Source: Myxococcota bacterium (GTDB taxonomy: Bacteria; Myxococcota_A; UBA796; UBA2385). From it: 64,000 bases of DNA. The notes under the pieces were generated by a model. It made no database searches, had not been told where the DNA came from, and worked only from the letters and a program-made list of their open reading frames with translations. This document shows, in pieces, positions 58,280-64,000 of this stretch. The position numbers were made by a program, and so were the translations under genes. Each line of letters starts with the position of its first letter. Positions within the stretch are counted from its first letter, which is position 1. Where the stretch lies: assembly GCA_044344255.1 (NCBI GenBank), contig JBIJDH010000012.1, positions 165,300 to 229,299 on the forward strand. Reading direction: 5' to 3'.

Positions 58280-61150
58280 ATGCCCTGCCCGCCCACCGAG
58301 CACCCCGAAGCCGCCGCCCGTCAGCAGATCGACGGTCTCCTCGTCGCCTCGGGCTGGGCGGTGCAGGATCGTGCAGCGATGAACCTCTCCGCCGCGCCCG
58401 GCGTCGCCATCCGCGAATATCAGACACACGCCGGCCCCGCGGACTACCTGTTGTTCCTCGGCAACCAGCTCGTGGGGGTCATCGAGGCCAAGCGGGCCGG
58501 CGTCACCTTGTCGAGCGTCGAGGCGCAGACCCGCGACTACGCTGCCAAAGCACCGAAACCCCTCCAGGTGCCGATCCGGCCGTTGCCCTTCCTCTACGAG
58601 AGCACCGGCGTGGAGACCTGGTTCACGAACGGACTCGACCCGGAGCCTCGGGCCCGAAGGGTCTTCTCCTTCCACCGCCCGGTTGGGCTCCGGGGTTGGT
58701 TTGACGCCGAGCTCAACCGCCGCAGCGCGAAGCCGGGCGCCCCGGCCGCTCCCACCCTGCAAGGGCGGATGTGCCTCGCACCCCCGCTGAACGTGGCGGG
58801 GATGTGGCCCGCCCAGATCCGAGCTGTGCAGAACCTGGAGGAGAGCTTTCGCCTCGGCAAGCCCCGGGCGCTCATCCAAATGGCGACCGGCGCAGGCAAG
58901 ACCTTCACCGCGATCTCGTCGATCTACCGCCTCGTGAAGGAGGGTGGCGCCCGGCGGGTGCTCTTCCTCGTCGACCGCGCCAACCTCGGCCGACAGGCGA
59001 ATAAGGAATTCCAGGCCTACACCACCCCCGACGACGGCCGGAAGTTCACCGAGCTCTACAACGTCACCAACCTCACACAGAACAAGATCGATCCGGTGAA
59101 CAAGGTCGTCATCACGACGATTCAGCGGCTCTACAGCATCCTCAAGGGAGAGCCCACATTTGACGAGGAGCAGGAGGAGGGCTCGGCATTTTCGGGGAGC
59201 GGGTCGGCGCTCGTCCGCGAGCCGCCGCCCGTCGCCTACAATGCGACGCTTCCGCCCGAGTTCTTCGATGTGGTGGTGGTGGACGAGTGCCACCGGTCCA
59301 TCTACTCGACCTGGATCCAGGTCCTCGAATACTTCGACTGTACGATCGTGGGGCTCACCGCGACCCCATCGGGTCGCACCTTTGCCTTTTTCAACCGGAA
59401 CCTCGTGAGCGAGTACAAGCACGAGCAGGCCGTCCGAGACAAGGTGAACGTGCCCTTCTCCGTCTACGAGATTCGGACGGCCGTAACCGACAACGGCGCC
59501 ATGCTGCTCGCCGAACCCGACACCATCGTCGGTCGACGCGACCGCGCCACCCGCGCGCTGCGCTGGGAGGCCCTCGACGAGGACACCTCCTACGCCGCTT
59601 CGGCCCTGGACCGCAGCGTCGTGGTGCCCGACCAGCTCCGCACCGTACTCAAGACCTTCCAGGACAAGCTGCTCACCGAGATCTTCCCGGGCCGCACCGA
59701 GATCCCAAAGACGCTCATCTTCGCCAAGTCAGACGACCACGCCGAAGACATCCTCCGCATATTACGTGAACAGTGGCCGCTCTCCAACGAAGCGGCGGTG
59801 AAGATCACGTACAAGCCGGAGCGGCAGGTCGGCGACACGGTCCGAACGTCCGCTTCGCACAAGCCCGAACAGGCCATTCAGGACTTCCGCAACAGCTACA
59901 ACCCGCGCATCGCCGTCACGGTCGACATGATCGCCACTGGCACCGACATCAAGCCGCTCGAGTGTGTCGTGTTCATGCGCTCGGTGAAGTCGGCGGGGCT
60001 CTATGAGCAGATGAAGGGGCGCGGGGTGAGGGTCATGCCCGACGCCGATTTCCAGGCGCTGACACCGGGCGTCCGCGCCAAGACTCACTTCGTGGTGGTC
60101 GACTGTGTGGGCGTCGTCGAGTCCATCAAGGCGGACCCACCGCTCGACCGCGACCGCGCGCTCCGCTTCGAGAAGCTCCTCGAGCTCGTGCGCGCCGGGA
60201 ACCGCGACGAGGACGTCCTCTCCACCCTGGCCGCCCGCCTCGACCGGATGGACCGCCTGCTGAGCGCCGCCCAGCAGGCGCGTGTGGAGGGTGCGAGCGG
60301 AGGCCGGCCGCTGCGCGCGTTGGTGGCGGAGATCATCGACCGCCTCGACCCCGACCGCGAAGACGAGCACGCCCGGGCCCTCTTCGGCCTCTCGCCCGGC
60401 ACCGCCCCGACCACCGAGCAGACCGCGGCCGCCCAGGCCGCCCTGCGCGAGGAGGCCGCCGCGCCCATCGCCTACGACCCGAAGCTCTGTGAAGTGCTCC
60501 TCGAGGTCCGAAAGGCCCAGGACGTGCTCATCGACGTGGTGACGCTCGACTCCCTCACCCGCGCCGGGGCCCGGCCCGACCTCACCCCCGACTACAGCGC
60601 CGATCAGGCTCTGGTGAGCGCCTTCACCGCCTTCTGCGAGGCGCACAAGGACGCCCTCGACGCCCTGACCGTGCTCTACAGCCGCCCCTACGCCCAGCGC
60701 CCCACTCGGCCGCAGCTCCTGGAGCTGCTCGACGCGATCGAGCGCCCGCCCCGCCAGTGGACCCGCGAAGCCCTGTGGGCCGCCTACGAGCGGGTGGAGC
60801 GGGGTCGCGTGCGCGGGGCCTCCCGCGGCCGGATGCTCACCGACCTCATCAGCCTCGCCCGACACGCCCTCGGGGTGGATGAGGAGCTCGTCTCCTACGC
60901 GGACCAGGCCGACGCCCGCTACACGAACTGGCTCGCGCAGCAGGCGAACAAGGGTCGCGCCTTCACCGACGAGCAGCGCGTCTGGCTCGGCTTGATCCGC
61001 GACCGCATCGTGGTCGACCTGGAGGTCCGGCAGGATGACCTCGATGACACCCCCTTCGCAGAGAAGGGCGGGCTCGGGAAGGCCTGGAGCCTGTTCGGGG
61101 AAGAGCTGGAGGGGATCGTGGATGACCTGAACCGGGAGCTGGTGGCGTGA
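58280..61150 (+). CDS. hsdR: Type I restriction enzyme subunit R (EcoEI-like C-terminus)
   Basis: ADYLLF..VIEAK nuclease motif, QMATGAGKT, DECHRS, GLTATP, VDMIATGTD, QMKGRG. Confidence 0.95.
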   Translation: MPCPPTEHPEAAARQQIDGLLVASGWAVQDRAAMNLSAAPGVAIREYQTHAGPADYLLFLGNQLVGVIEAKRAGVTLSSVEAQTRDYAAKAPKPLQVPIRPLPFLYESTGVETWFTNGLDPEPRARRVFSFHRPVGLRGWFDAELNRRSAKPGAPAAPTLQGRMCLAPPLNVAGMWPAQIRAVQNLEESFRLGKPRALIQMATGAGKTFTAISSIYRLVKEGGARRVLFLVDRANLGRQANKEFQAYTTPDDGRKFTELYNVTNLTQNKIDPVNKVVITTIQRLYSILKGEPTFDEEQEEGSAFSGSGSALVREPPPVAYNATLPPEFFDVVVVDECHRSIYSTWIQVLEYFDCTIVGLTATPSGRTFAFFNRNLVSEYKHEQAVRDKVNVPFSVYEIRTAVTDNGAMLLAEPDTIVGRRDRATRALRWEALDEDTSYAASALDRSVVVPDQLRTVLKTFQDKLLTEIFPGRTEIPKTLIFAKSDDHAEDILRILREQWPLSNEAAVKITYKPERQVGDTVRTSASHKPEQAIQDFRNSYNPRIAVTVDMIATGTDIKPLECVVFMRSVKSAGLYEQMKGRGVRVMPDADFQALTPGVRAKTHFVVVDCVGVVESIKADPPLDRDRALRFEKLLELVRAGNRDEDVLSTLAARLDRMDRLLSAAQQARVEGASGGRPLRALVAEIIDRLDPDREDEHARALFGLSPGTAPTTEQTAAAQAALREEAAAPIAYDPKLCEVLLEVRKAQDVLIDVVTLDSLTRAGARPDLTPDYSADQALVSAFTAFCEAHKDALDALTVLYSRPYAQRPTRPQLLELLDAIERPPRQWTREALWAAYERVERGRVRGASRGRMLTDLISLARHALGVDEELVSYADQADARYTNWLAQQANKGRAFTDEQRVWLGLIRDRIVVDLEVRQDDLDDTPFAEKGGLGKAWSLFGEELEGIVDDLNRELVA

Positions 61151-61680
61151 CCTTCCAACCCCCGCCCCACGTTGACCTCGGCGCGCTCGCGCAAGGTACG
61201 CCCTGCCTGACCCCCGCGGTGGGCGCCAACCTCGCCGAGGCTGCGGCGCATTGCTTGGAGAACCAAGGCCACCAGACAGGGGCCCAGTTGGCGGTGGACT
61301 CGGCGAAGGTGGAGGTGAAATGGCACCCGCTGGACCCGCGCAGCGCGGCTTCGCGTGCGGACCTGCAGAGCACGACCGAGGAAGGTGCGGTCGCCATCGC
61401 CCTCGCGCTCATTCGAAATGGAACGGCGTACGAGGTGGTGCGGCGGTCTCGGAAGGGCACGGGCTTCGACTGGTACCTCGGGCCCAGCCGCGCGGCGCCC
61501 CCCTTCATGAGCACCGCCTGCCTGGAAGTGTCCGGGATCCTCCGGGAGACCGCTGACTTGTTGGAGCGACGGGCGGCGCAGAAGGTCGCGCAGGCTCAGG
61601 CCGGCGGGACCGGGTTACCCGGCTTCGCGGTGGTGGTGGGCTTCGCTGGCCCCCGCGCCATCGTTCGGAGCCTACCGTGA
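61147..61680 (+). CDS. Hypothetical protein, PD-(D/E)xK-nuclease-like (SRKGTGFDW..LEVSG)
   Basis: GTGA-coupled to hsdR; E..GFD..LEVSG motif pattern. Confidence 0.65.
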   Translation: MTFQPPPHVDLGALAQGTPCLTPAVGANLAEAAAHCLENQGHQTGAQLAVDSAKVEVKWHPLDPRSAASRADLQSTTEEGAVAIALALIRNGTAYEVVRRSRKGTGFDWYLGPSRAAPPFMSTACLEVSGILRETADLLERRAAQKVAQAQAGGTGLPGFAVVVGFAGPRAIVRSLP

Positions 61681-62765
61681 TCGACACCGCCACCTTGCAC
61701 GACGAAGCGATGGCGACCGCCGACGAGGGCGACCTGGCACGACGTCGCGGAGACCACGAAGCGGCGCTCGCCTTCTTCGCGCAGGCCTTGGAGATGGAGC
61801 GGCGCGCCGCCGAGGCCGAGCCCACCCAGCCCTCTCGATGCATCCTGTTCCGCAGCGCCGCCTGGTTGGCCCTGGAGGCCGAGGATGCTTCCGAAGCGGA
61901 GCGCCTCGCCGCTTGCGGCCTGGCCGACCGTGGCCTGCCCGACCGGGTGAAGACCGAGCTGCGCGCCGTGGCGGAAGAGGCGAGGCTGCGGCTCCATCGG
62001 CCCCTGCCGCCGCCCACCGCGACATCCAGCATCTCCCTTCACCTCGAGGGGCCCGAAGTTGGCTTCGGGGGCGCCGATCCCGCGGATGTCGAGCCGAGGG
62101 TCGCTGCTCTCCGGAGCGCGCTCGTCCGAACGGCCGAGCGACAGGCCGGCTCCACCTTTCGCCGCCGGGGCCCGCCACCACAGGCGATCGCAGAGCAGCT
62201 TCAGCCCCGGCTCCAATATGCCGCGGGGAGCGTGGTCGTACAGGTGACGCTCGGCGGCGCACAGGCCAAAATGTGGGATGCGAACGCCGCACTTGTGGAC
62301 GAGGTGCGACGAAGTCTCGAGGCCTACCGCGTCGGTGGGGAGGAGGCGCTCGTCCCCTTGATTGCGGACAGCGTCTATCGCGAGAACTTCGCCTCGCTCG
62401 CGATGCGATTGGCGCCAGACGGGGTGCGCGTAACCTCGGTGGATGTGCTCAGCGCGACCACGCGGGGCGCGCTCCCCGTTGTCCGGCTCCGCAAACGACC
62501 GGAAGGAACAGCGGGAACGGAGCCGCGCGGCGGCGGGCCCCGCGAAACACGGGTCCTCGTCGGCGAGCTGCGCGGGGTCGACGAGACGGTCGCGGTGAAC
62601 CAGATCAAGCTTCAGAGCGAAGATGGGGTGCATCGGATTCGGGTGCGCGACGCGGTGATGGAGGACCTCGTGCGGCCGTTCTACGGCGTGCAGGTGCAGG
62701 TGACGGTGCGGGGGCGCGCGGGTCGGTGGGAGCTCGTCGGGCTGCCCGAGCCGGTGGGGCCGTGA
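61677..62765 (+). CDS. Hypothetical protein with N-terminal TPR-like helical domain and beta-rich C-terminus
   Basis: GTGA-coupled; LHDEAM..AL..E..AA..QPSRCILFRSAAWLA helical repeats. Confidence 0.65.
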   Translation: MIDTATLHDEAMATADEGDLARRRGDHEAALAFFAQALEMERRAAEAEPTQPSRCILFRSAAWLALEAEDASEAERLAACGLADRGLPDRVKTELRAVAEEARLRLHRPLPPPTATSSISLHLEGPEVGFGGADPADVEPRVAALRSALVRTAERQAGSTFRRRGPPPQAIAEQLQPRLQYAAGSVVVQVTLGGAQAKMWDANAALVDEVRRSLEAYRVGGEEALVPLIADSVYRENFASLAMRLAPDGVRVTSVDVLSATTRGALPVVRLRKRPEGTAGTEPRGGGPRETRVLVGELRGVDETVAVNQIKLQSEDGVHRIRVRDAVMEDLVRPFYGVQVQVTVRGRAGRWELVGLPEPVGP

Positions 62766-62785
62766 GGCGACCGGCGGCGGAGCGC

Positions 62786-62926
62786 CTCATCTGGGGACGT
62801 ATCGTGGTCGACCTGGAGGTGCGGGCCGAGGACTGCGAGGACCGCGCGGTGGGGCGTATGTACGAGGCATCTGGTGAAGAGTGGGGCGGCATCTTGGCTG
62901 AGCTGAACCGGGAGTTGGTGGCGTGA
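62786..62926 (+). pseudogene. Degenerate duplicate of the hsdR 3' end
   Basis: Encodes LIWGRIVVDLEVR..LNRELVA*, matching hsdR LIRDRIVVDLEVR..LNRELVA*. 62801-62820 is identical to 61007-61026; 62903-62927 matches 61127-61151 at 24/25. Confidence 0.85.
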
Positions 62927-63875
62927 CTGATGCTTCCCTCTTGATGCTTCGCGACGTAGCGGAAGTCACTGGTGGACTCACGAAGAACGCCAAGCGAGAC
63001 GGACTGGCGTTGCGCCGACCCTACCTTACCGTCGCGAACGTCTACGCGAATCGTTTGGAGCTTGATGACATAGGTACCATTGGCATTCAGGAAAGTGAGC
63101 TGGCCCGAGTCGAGATGCGACCAGGCGACTTGCTGGTGGTCGAGGGAAACGGAAGCCTGTCCCAGCTCGGCCGAGTTGCCATCTGGACCGGAGTGATCGA
63201 TGGATGTGTCCACCAGAACCACTTAATCAAGGTTCGGCCGACGAATCAAGTTAGCGCGAAGTGGCTACTTTACTGGCTACTCTCACCGGATGGCAGGTCT
63301 GCGATCGAATCTGTTGGTAGCTCCACGTCCGGTCTCCACACGCTCAGTATTTCAAAGGTTGAAGGTCTGCCGGTGCGCCTGCGCCCACTTACCGACCAGC
63401 ACCGCATCGTCGCCGCCATCGAGACCCACTTCTCCCGCCTCGACGCCGCCGTCGCTTCGCTGACCCTCGCCAAGGCCAACCTGAAGCGCGCCCGCGCGAG
63501 CGTGCTCAAGGCCGCCGTCGAGGGTCGGCTGGTGCCCACCGAGGTCGCGCTCGCCCGCGCCGAGGGGCGCGAATACGAGTCGGGGGCGATGCTGCTGGCG
63601 CGCATCCTTGTCGAGCGGAAGGCCGCCTGGGTGAAAAGCGGGGCGCGGGGGAAGTACGCGGAGCCTGTGAAGCCGGAGACGGAGGGGCTGCCGACGTTGT
63701 CGGAGGGGTGGTGTTGGGCGACTGTGGATCAAGCCGCGCGGGAGGTCCGCAACGGGTACTCGGGCAAGCCGGTCGAGAACGGTCCGGTCCACATTTTGCG
63801 AATTTCCGCAGTTCGACCGGGTAGCGTTAACCGGAACGATCACCGCTTCCTTAACGGAACGCTGGACGACTACGG
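62923..63875 (+). pseudogene. hsdS: Type I R-M specificity subunit HsdS, interrupted in TRD2 by an IS
   Basis: Manual translation: LRDVAEVTGG..PYLTVANV..GDLLVVEGNGS..HQNHLIKVR..DQHRIVAAIETHFSRLD..SVLKAAVEGRL..LSEGWCWATVDQ..LRISAV. Lower GC in TRDs; S-like sequence stops at about 63875. Confidence 0.88.
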
Positions 63876-64000
63876 CAGGGCGATCGCATCTAAACGTCCC
63901 ATTTATCCGCCAATTACTTTGAGCAGGTATTCGTTGTCCCAGCCCGCCCTCATGCGCTTCGTCTTCACGCCGACCTTCCGCGAGGTCTCCTGCTTGAGGA
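63876..64000 (-). mobile_element. ISAs1-family insertion sequence end (terminal IR plus transposase C-terminus, 63903-64000)
   Basis: Terminus CAGGGCGATCGCATC at 63876. Minus strand encodes LKQETSRKVGVKTKRMRAGWDNEYLLKVIGG*, resembling the ISAs1 transposase C-terminus. Confidence 0.8.

Noticed and set aside
61838..62926. 362-aa alternative-frame ORF
   Set aside because: Mostly an overlapping shadow of the 61677 gene; only its last ~46 codons are meaningful, as the hsdR tail remnant.

Overview
Very GC-rich bacterial chromosomal window, inferred to come from a Myxococcota-like lineage. The evidence is MYXO-CTERM sorting tails, a myxosortase-like CPBP protease, AgmX/PglI-type C-terminal domains and a VegA-like zinc finger, yet the window also has a sigma28-driven flagellin. 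Housekeeping genes: rpsB 5' end, secA, rsmA, tsaD, rimI, larE-like, tcdA, tatD, rel/spoT, purN, purM, miaE, rtcB/rtcR. They are interspersed with signalling genes and surface lipoproteins. Main observations: (1) a selenoprotein missed by the ORF track, a lipoprotein with a C-G-U motif, a SECIS-like hairpin and four CxxCH hemes, at the end of a Gld-type ABC operon; (2) a type I R-M locus with a two-gene cassette (nuclease-like plus helical partner) between hsdR and hsdS, bounded by a duplicated hsdR 3' end, and with hsdS interrupted by an ISAs1-family element; (3) a UbiA prenyltransferase coupled to a sensor kinase, facing a membrane terpene cyclase; (4) two tandem GTPases sharing a GKD/NxPG motif change; (5) an apparent polyprotein with an internal MYXO-CTERM plus second signal peptide before an OmpA-type protein; (6) a 27-bp perfect inverted repeat and divergent sigma54 promoters. 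All calls come from manual motif recognition; no database searches were run.
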